31,583 bases of DNA. Origin: a virus. Taxonomy: Duplodnaviria > Heunggongvirae > Uroviricota > Caudoviricetes. The notes under the pieces were generated by a model. The model made no database searches. It was not told the origin of the DNA and was given only the letters and a program-made list of their open reading frames with translations. Positions within the stretch are counted from its first letter, which is position 1; every line of letters begins with the position of its first letter. Made by a program: the position numbers and the translations under genes. The DNA is taken from IMG/VR virus record IMGVR_UViG_2802429219_000016; one strand, given 5' to 3'. Shown piece by piece: positions 17,575-27,155 of this stretch.

Positions 17575-17880
17575 ATGAGTGAAAAAGCAGAAACAAAAAG
17601 CACGAAAACCGCAAAGAACAGTGCAGCACAGGAAAACCCGGCACCGCTGGCAGACGTTATTGTGGCTGACAGTCAGGCGAATGAACCACGTCCGGCTGAA
17701 GACCCGGTTACTGTACAGGGTGACGCCCCTGTCCGGCTGAACGTCCGGGCCATGTCTGAAAACGGGTTCTGGCGCTGTGGCCGTTTCTGGTCACATGCCG
17801 GTGAGGATGTGGAAGTGACCGCAGAGGTGGCTGCCCGTCTGATGGTCGATCCGGATCTGATTGTCCGGAAAGAGGAGTAA
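17575..17880 (+). CDS. Small head-associated protein (101 aa), Mu gp35-like position
   Basis: ORF directly after major head gene; Ala/Glu/Pro-rich N-terminus. Confidence 0.5.
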   Translation: MSEKAETKSTKTAKNSAAQENPAPLADVIVADSQANEPRPAEDPVTVQGDAPVRLNVRAMSENGFWRCGRFWSHAGEDVEVTAEVAARLMVDPDLIVRKEE

Positions 17881-17885
17881 CGCTG

Positions 17886-18323
17886 ATGGGGTACATCACG
17901 CAGGAAGACCTGTTACGCGCGGACGGCAATCTTGTCTGGAACATGGCGATTAACCGGGAAACCAACGGGCTGGATGAAGACAAAATCCGTCAGGCCATCA
18001 GTGATGCCGAAGCGGAAATTGATTCGTTTCTGTCCCGCCGCTACCAGCTGCCGCTGGGGGTGACGGAAATCCCGCGCCCGCTGCAACGCGTGGCGGTATC
18101 GCTGGCGTTTTACTGGTTGTCAGAGCGTGACAATCAAATCACGGAGCTGATCCAGAAACGCTACGACGACGCCATTAAAACCCTGCGTGAGATGGCGAAC
18201 GGCACCCGTGACCTGGGCCTGCCGACGTATGCCACCCCGGCAGAAACCGACCACGGGAAAATCATTGTGGTGGGTGCCAATGCCCGGCTGTTCACCCGTA
18301 ACAACCTGAAAGGGGTGCTGTGA
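17886..18323 (+). CDS. Head-tail connector/completion protein, Mu gp36-like (145 aa)
   Basis: Position and size; family assignment from recollection. Confidence 0.55.
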   Translation: MGYITQEDLLRADGNLVWNMAINRETNGLDEDKIRQAISDAEAEIDSFLSRRYQLPLGVTEIPRPLQRVAVSLAFYWLSERDNQITELIQKRYDDAIKTLREMANGTRDLGLPTYATPAETDHGKIIVVGANARLFTRNNLKGVL

Positions 18324-18865
18324 TGGGAATTTCTGTACAGGTCAGCGGTGACCAGCGTCTGGAGGATATCCGCCGCGCCGTTGAAAAGCTGGCAGATGGT
18401 TCATTGCAGGCAGAGCTGCTGGAAAGCATTGGTGCGGTGGTGGAATCACAGACCCGCCGCCGCATCATCGATGAGAAAACCAGTCCGGGTGGCGAACGCT
18501 GGCCAGACTGGTCTGACGGGTACAAAAAGACCCGCCACGGCAACCAGAGTCTGCTGCGCGGTGAAGGCCATCTGCTGGAGAGTATCCAGTACATCGTGGA
18601 AAACCGTGTGGTGCGTATCGGTTCACCGCTGGATTATGCCCGCATCATGAATGACGGCTTTTCCGGCAGTGTGCCGGTCAGCGCCCACAAACGGCTTATC
18701 TCGCAGTGTTTCGGGCGGGCGCTGAAATATCCGGTCTGGCAGACCGTCGGCGCACATAACCGCATGATGAACATTCCGCAACGTGAATTTCTGGGGCTGT
18801 CTTCTGCCAATCAGCAGGAGCTGCAACAGGTTATCAGTCATTTCTGGAAGGAGGTTCTGCCATGA
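18323..18865 (+). CDS. Virion morphogenesis protein, Mu G-like (180 aa)
   Basis: Position in head-tail joining block; ATG 18323 (track uses GTG 18320). Confidence 0.55.
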   Translation: MGISVQVSGDQRLEDIRRAVEKLADGSLQAELLESIGAVVESQTRRRIIDEKTSPGGERWPDWSDGYKKTRHGNQSLLRGEGHLLESIQYIVENRVVRIGSPLDYARIMNDGFSGSVPVSAHKRLISQCFGRALKYPVWQTVGAHNRMMNIPQREFLGLSSANQQELQQVISHFWKEVLP

Positions 18866-19473
18866 CAGAACAACGCCCTGAACTGCGCACACCGGGGAGC
18901 ACCGTTGCGGCCGCAGAGCGCATTGTGGCCTGGCTGCAAACGGCCCTTCAGGGGGACACCCCAGACCGGGCTGATGTGGTGGAGCGTCACATCGGCCAGT
19001 TTAACAGCCCGGAGGAAGTCAAACGCTATATGTCCGGTCGCACCGGCTGTATCCGGGTAGCTGCCCTGCGTGTCCGGGATATCAACCCGCGCGGTGGGCT
19101 GTCCGGTCTGGTTACCTGGGTGGCTTACATCATGGCGACGGATTCGTGGGGGTATTCCCGCGACGTGCGCTGTGAAGTACTGGCCGGAAAGGTGATCAAA
19201 CGTCTGCTGTCGTCGGATGCCACAGCGGGCATGGGGGCTGAACGCCTGGCTGCTGATGTACGGGCAGACAACATTTACTCCGCCAGCCTCGACGGGCTGG
19301 GTGTCACCATGTGGGCGGTGACGTGGGAGCAGGAATTTCGGCTGGATGAAGAGATTGATCTCGCCGCGCTCCCGGACTTCCTGCGCCTCGGGGCAACGCT
19401 GCGCTGCGGCGAACACACTGAAATTAACGACGTGATCCATGTACGGGGTGACGATGGAACAGAAACTGATTAA
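18862..19473 (+). CDS. Tail completion/neck protein, Mu gp37-like (203 aa)
   Basis: AGGAGG RBS 8 nt upstream; position before sheath. Confidence 0.55.
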   Translation: MTEQRPELRTPGSTVAAAERIVAWLQTALQGDTPDRADVVERHIGQFNSPEEVKRYMSGRTGCIRVAALRVRDINPRGGLSGLVTWVAYIMATDSWGYSRDVRCEVLAGKVIKRLLSSDATAGMGAERLAADVRADNIYSASLDGLGVTMWAVTWEQEFRLDEEIDLAALPDFLRLGATLRCGEHTEINDVIHVRGDDGTETD

Positions 19474-19639
19474 GCCAGCGCGGGAAAACGTTCGTGTCCG
19501 TAAACCGGATGGCGCGCATTTATCCCCGCAAGGGGAACGTCTCGACGTCTGCGCTTACTGGCTGCGCCGTGAAGCCGAGGGAGATGTGGAAATAACCGCG
19601 CTTCCGAAAAATAGCAACAAAACCAGAGGGAAAAAATAA
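19454..19639 (+). CDS. Small protein, Mu gp38-like (61 aa)
   Basis: Short ORF between tail completion and sheath genes; ATG 19454 after GGGGTGA preferred over ATG 19439. Confidence 0.4.
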   Translation: MEQKLIKPARENVRVRKPDGAHLSPQGERLDVCAYWLRREAEGDVEITALPKNSNKTRGKK

Positions 19640-21114
19640 TGTCGCTGGGTTCAATTCCTGATGATATCCGCGTCCCGCTTGTCTGGATCGATATCGACAA
19701 TTCACAGGCGCTGGATGGTGCATCCGCGCAAAGCCGAAAAATTCTGGTCATGGGCCATGCGGTATCGTCCGGCAGCGCAGACGCCCTGTCACTGACCCGC
19801 ATCACCAGTGACAGCCAGGCAGACCAGCTTTATGGCAAAGGGTCGATGCTGGCTGAAATGCTTAAAATGCTGCGTCGTGCCAACACGTACACGGAAACCT
19901 GGGCAATGCCGGTTGCCGCGCCTGAAGGCGCTGCCGCAAAAGCCACGCTGACCGTGCTGGGGACAGCGACTGAAGCCGGAACGGTGGCATTGCTGATTAA
20001 CGGTGTGTCCGTTCAGGTGAGCGTGAGCGCCGGGGCTACGAAAGAAAACATTGCAAAAGCCATTGCTGATGCGGTGACGAAAAAGCCTGCCACGCAGGTG
20101 GCCGCTGCGGTGAAAGACGATGCTACAGATACCGTGGAGCTGACCGTGAACTGGCACGGCGTTACCGGCAACGGTGCCGACGTTCGCCTGAACTACTACA
20201 CCGGTGAAGCCTTCCCGGCAGGTGTGAAGGTGACTGCCACCGCGTTTACCGGCGGCACCGGGACACCGGAAATGGCGGATGCCGTTGCGGCCATCGGCCC
20301 GGAGTGGTTCACCGATATCATCGCCCCGTTCACCGACACGCAAAGCCTGAACACCCTGCGTGATGAACTGCTGAACCGCTGGGGGCCGCTCAAAATGATG
20401 GAGGCGCAGTTGTGGACGGCGTTTCGTGGCACGCACGGGGAAACCGGTACGTTTGGTGAAAACCGCAATGACTGGCTGATTAGCTGTATCGGCACCAACC
20501 TGTCACCGCACCCGGCGTGGATGTGGGCCGCGTCATACGGCGCAACGGCAGCGTATCACCTTGCCATTGACCCGGCGCGTCCGCTTCAGACGCTGGTCCT
20601 GACCGGCATTCTGCCGCCTGCGCGTAATGTTCGCTGGGATATGCCGGAACGTAACCTGCTGCTGCATGACGGCATTGCCACACACATGGTGGACGCCGGG
20701 GATAACGTCTGCATCGAGCGTGAAATCACCATGTACCGGGTTAATCAGTACGGTGATGCGGATGTGTCGTACCTTGATGTGCAGTCCCCCGCCACGCTGG
20801 GCCGTATCCGTTACATCATCAAAAATCGTTTCACGAACCGTTATCCGCGCCACAAGCTGGCAGACGATGACGTGCTGGACTCACTGGATGCCGGTCAGCC
20901 GGTGATGACGCCGAAGCTGTGCACCGCAGAGCTGCTGGATATCTGCCAGACCGAACTTATTCCTGCGGGCCTTGTGGAGAACTTCAGCGATTACAAGGAC
21001 ACGCTTCAGGTGACACGCGACAGCAGCGATAAAAACCGCCTGAACTTTATCTGCCACCCGAATCTGGTGAACCAGTTGCGTGTGCTGGCAGGCCTGATTC
21101 AGTTCAAACTTTAA
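19639..21114 (+). CDS. L: Contractile tail sheath protein, Mu L family (491 aa)
   Basis: Size about 490 aa, position before tube, typical sheath sequence character. Confidence 0.85.
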   Translation: MSLGSIPDDIRVPLVWIDIDNSQALDGASAQSRKILVMGHAVSSGSADALSLTRITSDSQADQLYGKGSMLAEMLKMLRRANTYTETWAMPVAAPEGAAAKATLTVLGTATEAGTVALLINGVSVQVSVSAGATKENIAKAIADAVTKKPATQVAAAVKDDATDTVELTVNWHGVTGNGADVRLNYYTGEAFPAGVKVTATAFTGGTGTPEMADAVAAIGPEWFTDIIAPFTDTQSLNTLRDELLNRWGPLKMMEAQLWTAFRGTHGETGTFGENRNDWLISCIGTNLSPHPAWMWAASYGATAAYHLAIDPARPLQTLVLTGILPPARNVRWDMPERNLLLHDGIATHMVDAGDNVCIEREITMYRVNQYGDADVSYLDVQSPATLGRIRYIIKNRFTNRYPRHKLADDDVLDSLDAGQPVMTPKLCTAELLDICQTELIPAGLVENFSDYKDTLQVTRDSSDKNRLNFICHPNLVNQLRVLAGLIQFKL

Positions 21115-21123
21115 GGGGGCCGC

Positions 21124-21480
21124 ATGGCAAAAATTCTTGGCATGGCGACCATTCGCGTGAATGGCCGCGAAATTAAAACCGAGGGGAAATCCACGCTGAA
21201 TCCGGGCGGCTTCAGCCGCACCCAGCATATGGGCGGCGGCAAGGTCTGGGGTATCTCCAGCAAGATGGCCTCGCCGTCCATCAAGGTGACTATTGCGGCG
21301 GCAGCGGATATGGACGTGATTGAAATCAGCAGCTGGGAAGACGTCACGGTGATGTTCTACGGCGACAACGGCCTGAACTACATGATGACGGGTTCCGCCA
21401 CGGATAACCCGGCGGAGCTGGACGAGGATTCCGGCACCATCAGTGCGAACTTTATCGGTGAAAAATGCGTGAAGGTGTGA
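21124..21480 (+). CDS. M: Tail tube protein, Mu M family (118 aa)
   Basis: Small ORF directly after sheath; AGGGGG RBS. Confidence 0.8.
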   Translation: MAKILGMATIRVNGREIKTEGKSTLNPGGFSRTQHMGGGKVWGISSKMASPSIKVTIAAAADMDVIEISSWEDVTVMFYGDNGLNYMMTGSATDNPAELDEDSGTISANFIGEKCVKV

Positions 21481-21481
21481 C

Positions 21482-21877
21482 ATGGCTGAAATGACATTTG
21501 AACTGAAACACGGGCTTCTGACCGGCAAAGGCACGGCAGATGAAACCCTGCATAAAACCGTGAAGCTGCGCGAGCTGACCGCCAGTGACGTGATTGATGC
21601 ACAACTGGCCGCAGAACGCGTCGTCATGGGCGGGAACGGAAAGGCGGTGGCCTACTGTTCTGAAGTGCTGATGGGGCTGGAGATGATGCGCCGTCAGGTT
21701 GCGGCCATCGGCAACATTCCCGGCCCGCTGGACATGAAACAGTTGCGAATGCTCCACCCGGCAGACCTTGAGCTTATCAGCACGAAAGCCGCTGCGCTGG
21801 ATGAAATGCTTGAGGAGGTGGCAACGCGGGGGCGAACTGATGCCGCTGGCGGCGGCACTGATGAACCTGCTGGTTAA
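21482..21877 (+). CDS. Tail assembly chaperone (131 aa)
   Basis: Position between tube and tape measure; acidic protein; an overlapping alternative-frame ORF extends to the tape-measure start. Confidence 0.6.
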   Translation: MAEMTFELKHGLLTGKGTADETLHKTVKLRELTASDVIDAQLAAERVVMGGNGKAVAYCSEVLMGLEMMRRQVAAIGNIPGPLDMKQLRMLHPADLELISTKAAALDEMLEEVATRGRTDAAGGGTDEPAG

Positions 21878-21977
21878 CCTGTCTCAGCGATTCAGCATTC
21901 AGTACCTGGAACAGCTGCCCCTGCGGCAGCTGTTCCGCCTGATAAAGCAACTGGAGAAACAGCATGGCAACAGGTAA
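21738..21977 (+). CDS. Alternative-frame extension of tail chaperone (candidate programmed-frameshift product)
   Basis: Frame +1 relative to 21482..21877 is open from 21738 and overlaps the last 140 nt of the chaperone gene, ending just inside the tape-measure start. Confidence 0.4.
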   Translation, partial: NSCECSTRQTLSLSARKPLRWMKCLRRWQRGGELMPLAAALMNLLVNLSQRFSIQYLEQLPLRQLFRLIKQLEKQHGNR

Positions 21978-23835
21978 CCGTCTCAGCACGGAAATCATGA
22001 TCAACCTTGCCGGGAACCTGACCGCCAAAGCCCGGCAGTACGGCGCAAATATGTCGCAGTTCGCCCGGAATCATCAGAAGGCCATGCGCCTTGTCAAAGC
22101 CACAACGGAGGCTGCCACGCGTGGCCTTGACACGCTGGGTAACCGCTACACGGCGATGATTGCCGGTTTTGCGGGTAGCGCCATGATGCGTGAGTTTGCG
22201 CAGGTGGATCGCCGGATGACCCGTATTGGTATTGCCGCAGAAAAGACGCGCGACGAAATGGCACAGATGCTGAATGGTATTCAGGATGCCGCCATCAAAT
22301 TTAAGGTTGATGACAGTGAACTGATAAGCGCAGTGGAAAAAGTCGGCACCGTGACGGGTGAGATTGATTTTGGTGTTAAAAACAAAGAAATGATGGCGGC
22401 ATCTATTGCCGCTTCCGGAAGTTCAGGCGAATCCATCGGCTCGCTGTTTTCTCAGTTTACGAAGTTCGGCATCAGGGATGAAAACGAAGCCTTAAAGGCA
22501 ATGGATACCCTGAACCTGCTGGGAAAAGAAGGTGCCTATGAACTGAAAGACATCGCAGAAAAAGCAACCCGTGCGATGTCGCTGTATTCCGCTGCGGGCG
22601 GACGTGGTGTGCAGGGTGTCAAGGACGTAGGGGTTGCACTTGAATCTGCCGTTGATGCCACAGGGAACCGTGATACCGCCGCAACCGCTGTTGAAAACCT
22701 GATCCGTGATTTACAGCTTCCTAAGGTTGTAAAAACATTGCGGACAAATGGCATTGATGTTTACGGGAAAGATGGCCGGATGCGCTCGCTTCCACTATTG
22801 CTTCAGGAGATTGCCAGAAAATCAGGGAACCGGGGCGCAGAAGAACAAAATAAAAGGCTGATTGAAGCCGGTTTTAACCAGGATTCAGTCATGCTTTTAA
22901 GCAGCGTAACGTCAGGCAAAGGTGCAGAAAACCTGCAACGTTATATGAAAGTCGTCGGTGATGGTAAAGGCATCATGAAAGATGCCGCGTATGCTGCACA
23001 GGATTTTACGTCGGCCATGCAGGCGCTGGAAACCAGCTGGAAAAAATTCTCCCACAACCAGCTGGCAAAACCCGTTCAGGATCTGGCTGATGCCATTAAC
23101 AGCGTGGACCAGAACACTGTCCAGAACTGGTTGCAGGTCGGTAAATATATGGCAATCGCGCTGGGCGGCATTATCGCCATCAGAAAGACGTATCAGTTCG
23201 GTAAAACCATCCACGACATCATGAATCCCAAAGGGAAAGGCAAAGGGATACCCGGCGGCATCACGGATGTTTTCGGCTCCGGCGTGATGCCGGTGTATGT
23301 GGTTAATATGGGCAGTGGCGGGATGGGTAATACCGGCGGTCTGCCGGATGCGCCGGATTCATCGCGCAATCCCCATAACCCCCGCAATCCTCGGGGGCCG
23401 GGTAACCGTGGAGGAAAGGCAGGTAAAGGCGCTGGCATCATTGCCGGTGCTCTGGAGTTTTACGATTTTCTGACCACGCAATACGCCCTGCCGGGTGAGG
23501 TTGACAGCCTTACAAAATCCGTTGCTGGTGCCACCGACGCCAGCCCGTGGGAGCGCGAGTTCGCACAACAAAGCCAGAACAACCAGAAAGCACTGGAATC
23601 CGTCTGGCGTAAGGTAACAGACTGGTTCAATTCGCTTGGTGATAAGAACATTGCCGACCCGCGACCGTGGGCAGGTATGCAACCCACACAGAATTATCCT
23701 TTTCTTCCGCAACAATTGCAGGGGGAAATCCGTGTGGTGGTGGAAGGTGACGCCCGCGTGAAAAGTGTCAGAGTGGATCAACCCGGCGTCAGACTCAGTG
23801 CGCAGGCTGGCGTCACCAGCGTGGAGCAAGGGTAA
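21964..23835 (+). CDS. Tail tape measure protein (623 aa)
   Basis: Long helical protein after chaperone pair; Gly/Pro/Asn-rich low-complexity segment near 23340-23440. Confidence 0.85.
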   Translation: MATGNRLSTEIMINLAGNLTAKARQYGANMSQFARNHQKAMRLVKATTEAATRGLDTLGNRYTAMIAGFAGSAMMREFAQVDRRMTRIGIAAEKTRDEMAQMLNGIQDAAIKFKVDDSELISAVEKVGTVTGEIDFGVKNKEMMAASIAASGSSGESIGSLFSQFTKFGIRDENEALKAMDTLNLLGKEGAYELKDIAEKATRAMSLYSAAGGRGVQGVKDVGVALESAVDATGNRDTAATAVENLIRDLQLPKVVKTLRTNGIDVYGKDGRMRSLPLLLQEIARKSGNRGAEEQNKRLIEAGFNQDSVMLLSSVTSGKGAENLQRYMKVVGDGKGIMKDAAYAAQDFTSAMQALETSWKKFSHNQLAKPVQDLADAINSVDQNTVQNWLQVGKYMAIALGGIIAIRKTYQFGKTIHDIMNPKGKGKGIPGGITDVFGSGVMPVYVVNMGSGGMGNTGGLPDAPDSSRNPHNPRNPRGPGNRGGKAGKGAGIIAGALEFYDFLTTQYALPGEVDSLTKSVAGATDASPWEREFAQQSQNNQKALESVWRKVTDWFNSLGDKNIADPRPWAGMQPTQNYPFLPQQLQGEIRVVVEGDARVKSVRVDQPGVRLSAQAGVTSVEQG

Positions 23836-25109
23836 TGACAACAGGCAAAGGCAAATGGGACGGGCTGCGCGACGCCTCGTTTCGTGGCGTCCCCTTCTTT
23901 CTGGTGGATACGGAAGGCACTGGTGGCCGCAGAGCTATTCCCCGTGCTTATCCCCGGCGCGAAACTGCCTGGACAGATGATAACGGAGCCGTTCCCGGTC
24001 AACAGCAGATTAACGCAAAGTTGCTGGGTAAAAACTTCCAGGATGATTTAAACGCCCTTTTAGACGCGCTCAATACCCCCGGCCCCGGCGAGCTTATTCA
24101 CCCGTGGTTCGGGATACAGACCGTACAGGTTGGTAAGGTCACCCATCGTCTCAGCACGGAGGAAGATGGCATTGCGTTTGTCACCTTTGAAGTGTTTGAG
24201 GCAGGCGAGCGCCTGTTCCCGTCTGCGGCGGATAACACGCAGCAGGAAGTGCTGACGGGCATTGATGCGGTAAAAGCGGCCATTGCTGATGGCGACTGGT
24301 TCGGCGCACTTGACGGGCTGGGTGAGATGGCCGACAGCTTTCTGGCCGATATGGAAAACCTTGTGGCTAACCTGCCCACGTTACCGGCTGCACTGAATCA
24401 GTGGATGGACAGACTGAACCATTTTAAGGAGATGGCCGGAACCATCATTGCCACGCCGGGGCGTCTGGTCAGTGAGTTGTCCTCGTTCATCGACGGCGTG
24501 GTTGATCTGGTGACGGAACCACCCGAAGCACTGGCGGTTTACACGACATTACGCAACCAGTGGGCCGGAGAACGCGCCCGACAGGTTGCCACCGGCGCAC
24601 TGCCGGAAGATATCACTGTAAAGCCCGGCAGCGTGGCGGACGGAAAAATCGGCTTTGCCATCGGGCTGTCGCCAGCTTATCAGCCGGTATCTGACAGCCT
24701 GCAAAAGAATATTGACGACTTCCGCCAGGTGGTTGTGCTGGACACCCTGCTGGGACAGGCAAATGCCGTGGCCTCGATGACGTTCGATACCAGTGATGCG
24801 GCCTTATCTGCCGGTGACACGCTGGCGGCTGAACTGCATGAGCAGGCGGTGGCAGCGGTGGAAAATAACCAGCGGGCATTGTGGCGAACGCTGCGTGATT
24901 TACGGCAGGCCGTGATTACGGATGCCCGCGAGCGTGCCGCCCGTCTGCCGGAAACCCGGCAGGTGATGCTGACCACAACCACATCTGCCGCATTGCTGGC
25001 ATGGCGCGAACATGGTGACACCAGCCGACGGGATGAAATCGTGCAGCGTAACCGCCTGCGCCATCCGTCATTCATACTGCCAACGCAACCTGTGGAGATT
25101 ACCGACTGA
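23835..25109 (+). CDS. N: DNA circularisation protein, Mu N family (424 aa)
   Basis: Position directly after tape measure; size matches Mu N family. Confidence 0.75.
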   Translation: MTTGKGKWDGLRDASFRGVPFFLVDTEGTGGRRAIPRAYPRRETAWTDDNGAVPGQQQINAKLLGKNFQDDLNALLDALNTPGPGELIHPWFGIQTVQVGKVTHRLSTEEDGIAFVTFEVFEAGERLFPSAADNTQQEVLTGIDAVKAAIADGDWFGALDGLGEMADSFLADMENLVANLPTLPAALNQWMDRLNHFKEMAGTIIATPGRLVSELSSFIDGVVDLVTEPPEALAVYTTLRNQWAGERARQVATGALPEDITVKPGSVADGKIGFAIGLSPAYQPVSDSLQKNIDDFRQVVVLDTLLGQANAVASMTFDTSDAALSAGDTLAAELHEQAVAAVENNQRALWRTLRDLRQAVITDARERAARLPETRQVMLTTTTSAALLAWREHGDTSRRDEIVQRNRLRHPSFILPTQPVEITD

Positions 25110-26179
25110 TGGAATCCGTGATTCTTACCGTTGACGGCAAATTGTGGGAGGGCTGGACGGAAATGTCCGTCAGCCGTTCCCTGAAGGCGATTGCCGGTGA
25201 GTTTGATCTCAGTGTGACAACCCGCTGGTCGGCAGCAGCACCGCGCGTGATTCGTGAGGGGCAACCCTGCACGGTCAGGCTGGGCGCGGATACCGTGCTG
25301 ACGGGGTATATCGATGATTTTATTCCCAGCTATGACGCAGATAACGTGGAGATTCGCGTCATGGGGCGCGACAAAACCGGCGACCTGGTTGACTGCTCTG
25401 TGGTGCATTCGTCCGGGAAATGGAAAGGCGTGCGGCTTGAACAGGTGGCGGCTGATGTCTGCCGCCCGTTCGGGATAACCGTCATCACGGAAACCCCAAC
25501 CGGGGAGGCGTTTGCGTCCGTCGTTCTGGAACAGGGTGAAACGGGGTTTGAACTGCTCGACCGGCTGGCAAAACAGCGCGGCGTTCTGCTGACGTCTGAC
25601 GGCGCGGGTAACCTGATTATCACCCGCGCCTCTTCCGTTCGCGCGGGTGTGTCACTGGTGCTGGGGAAAAATATCCTCGCTGCCCGTGGACGCTTCAGCT
25701 GGCGGGAGCGTAACAGCCAGTACATCATCAAAGGCACTACCAGTGCCGGTGGCAAACTGTGGGACAGCCAGCCTGCCACGATGGTGGGTGGTCGTCAGTA
25801 CATCACCGAAGACCCGGAAATTAACCGTTACCGCCCGCGCATTCTGGTCAATGAAGACAGCCTGACCGTGGGCGGGGCCAGCATTCGCGGGGAATGGTAC
25901 AAAGCCCGGATGCTGGGGGAATCCCGCACGACGGAAATCACGGTGGCAGGCTGGCGCGAACAGGGCGACAGCGGCCCGCTGTGGCAGACCAACCGCCTTG
26001 TCGATATCGACGACAGCATTCAGAACCTGAAAACCACTTGGCTGATATCCGGGGTGACCTGGACGGATGGCGCACAGGGGCGGATGACGGTTCTGGCGCT
26101 GGTTCCGCCTGAATCACTGGACATGCCGGAAATGAAAGCGAAGACGAAGAAAACAAAGGCGGTGGCCACATGGGATTAA
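25109..26179 (+). CDS. P: Baseplate hub/tail protein, Mu P family (356 aa)
   Basis: Position and size; overlapping start/stop with neighbours. Confidence 0.75.
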   Translation: MESVILTVDGKLWEGWTEMSVSRSLKAIAGEFDLSVTTRWSAAAPRVIREGQPCTVRLGADTVLTGYIDDFIPSYDADNVEIRVMGRDKTGDLVDCSVVHSSGKWKGVRLEQVAADVCRPFGITVITETPTGEAFASVVLEQGETGFELLDRLAKQRGVLLTSDGAGNLIITRASSVRAGVSLVLGKNILAARGRFSWRERNSQYIIKGTTSAGGKLWDSQPATMVGGRQYITEDPEINRYRPRILVNEDSLTVGGASIRGEWYKARMLGESRTTEITVAGWREQGDSGPLWQTNRLVDIDDSIQNLKTTWLISGVTWTDGAQGRMTVLALVPPESLDMPEMKAKTKKTKAVATWD

Positions 26180-26706
26180 ACGCCATTGCCCGCCGTCTGC
26201 GGTTGATGGTTGACCGTGCCATTGTCCGCATGGTGTCTGACAGTCTGGAGCGGCAGAACCTGCAAATCCAGACGCTGGCAGATGCCACCGACGACGACGT
26301 GGAGCGCTTCCAGAACTACGGTTTTACATCCGTGCCGCCGGAAGGTTCTGAAGCCATAGTGCTGGCCGTTAGCGGGCGGCGTGACGGGCTGGTTGCCATC
26401 GCGGTGGAGGATAAGCGATGTCGCCCGAAAGGGCTGTCCCCCGGCGACGTCCGGCTGTATCACCAGGACGGCAAATCACACATCACCCTGAAGGAAGGCG
26501 GCATCATTGAAATCACAGGAGAACAATTAGACTTTTCAGGGAAAGCGGTAAATCTCACTGCCGACGAATTGCTGAATATCATCAGCGGACAAATGAAATT
26601 CGTCGGCCCCTGTGATTTTACTGAAGACATCACCATCAACGGCAAATCTTTCAGCGAACATATTCATAAGGACGGCGACAATGAGAATACATCACCGCCC
26701 GTATGA
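26170..26706 (+). CDS. Baseplate spike/assembly protein (gpV-like, Mu gp45) (178 aa)
   Basis: Position in baseplate block; size typical of gpV-like spike. Confidence 0.7.
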   Translation: MGLNAIARRLRLMVDRAIVRMVSDSLERQNLQIQTLADATDDDVERFQNYGFTSVPPEGSEAIVLAVSGRRDGLVAIAVEDKRCRPKGLSPGDVRLYHQDGKSHITLKEGGIIEITGEQLDFSGKAVNLTADELLNIISGQMKFVGPCDFTEDITINGKSFSEHIHKDGDNENTSPPV

Positions 26707-27155
26707 CGACAGGAATCCGCTGGAATAACATGCTCTCACGGGGTGACATCACCGTCACCCATAACGGCCTCTCACTGGATGAGGGGCTGGTCACTCAGGT
26801 TCTTATCTGCCTTTTCACCGATGCCCGTGCTGATGACGATGATGTCATTCCTGACGGCTCTGGCGACCCGCGCGGCTGGCCGGGCGACACGTACAGCGAT
26901 TTTTCGTGGGGTTCCCGCCTGTGGCTGCTTGAGCGTGAAAAGCTGACGGAAGATGTCCGCCTGCGTGTGGAAGATTACGCGCGGCTGTCCATGCAACCGC
27001 TGCTGCGGGCCGGTTACGCCCGTAACGCCACCGTCACGGCCAGAATCATCGTCCCTGACCGTATTGCCTTTCAGGTGGTGTTAACCCGCCCGGACAAAAC
27101 CACGCTCACAATTGAAATCACCCGCCGATGGGAGGCCACCATTAATGCCGTATGA
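26703..27155 (+). CDS. Baseplate wedge protein (gpW/gp25-like, Mu gp46) (150 aa)
   Basis: Position and size. Confidence 0.7.
   Translation: MTTGIRWNNMLSRGDITVTHNGLSLDEGLVTQVLICLFTDARADDDDVIPDGSGDPRGWPGDTYSDFSWGSRLWLLEREKLTEDVRLRVEDYARLSMQPLLRAGYARNATVTARIIVPDRIAFQVVLTRPDKTTLTIEITRRWEATINAV

Noticed and set aside
20881-21627. Minus-strand ORF (248 aa) antisense to sheath/tube genes
   Set aside because: Antisense artifact; overlaps three tightly coupled plus-strand genes.
24680-25408. Minus-strand ORF (242 aa) antisense to the N/P genes
   Set aside because: Antisense artifact within confident plus-strand genes.
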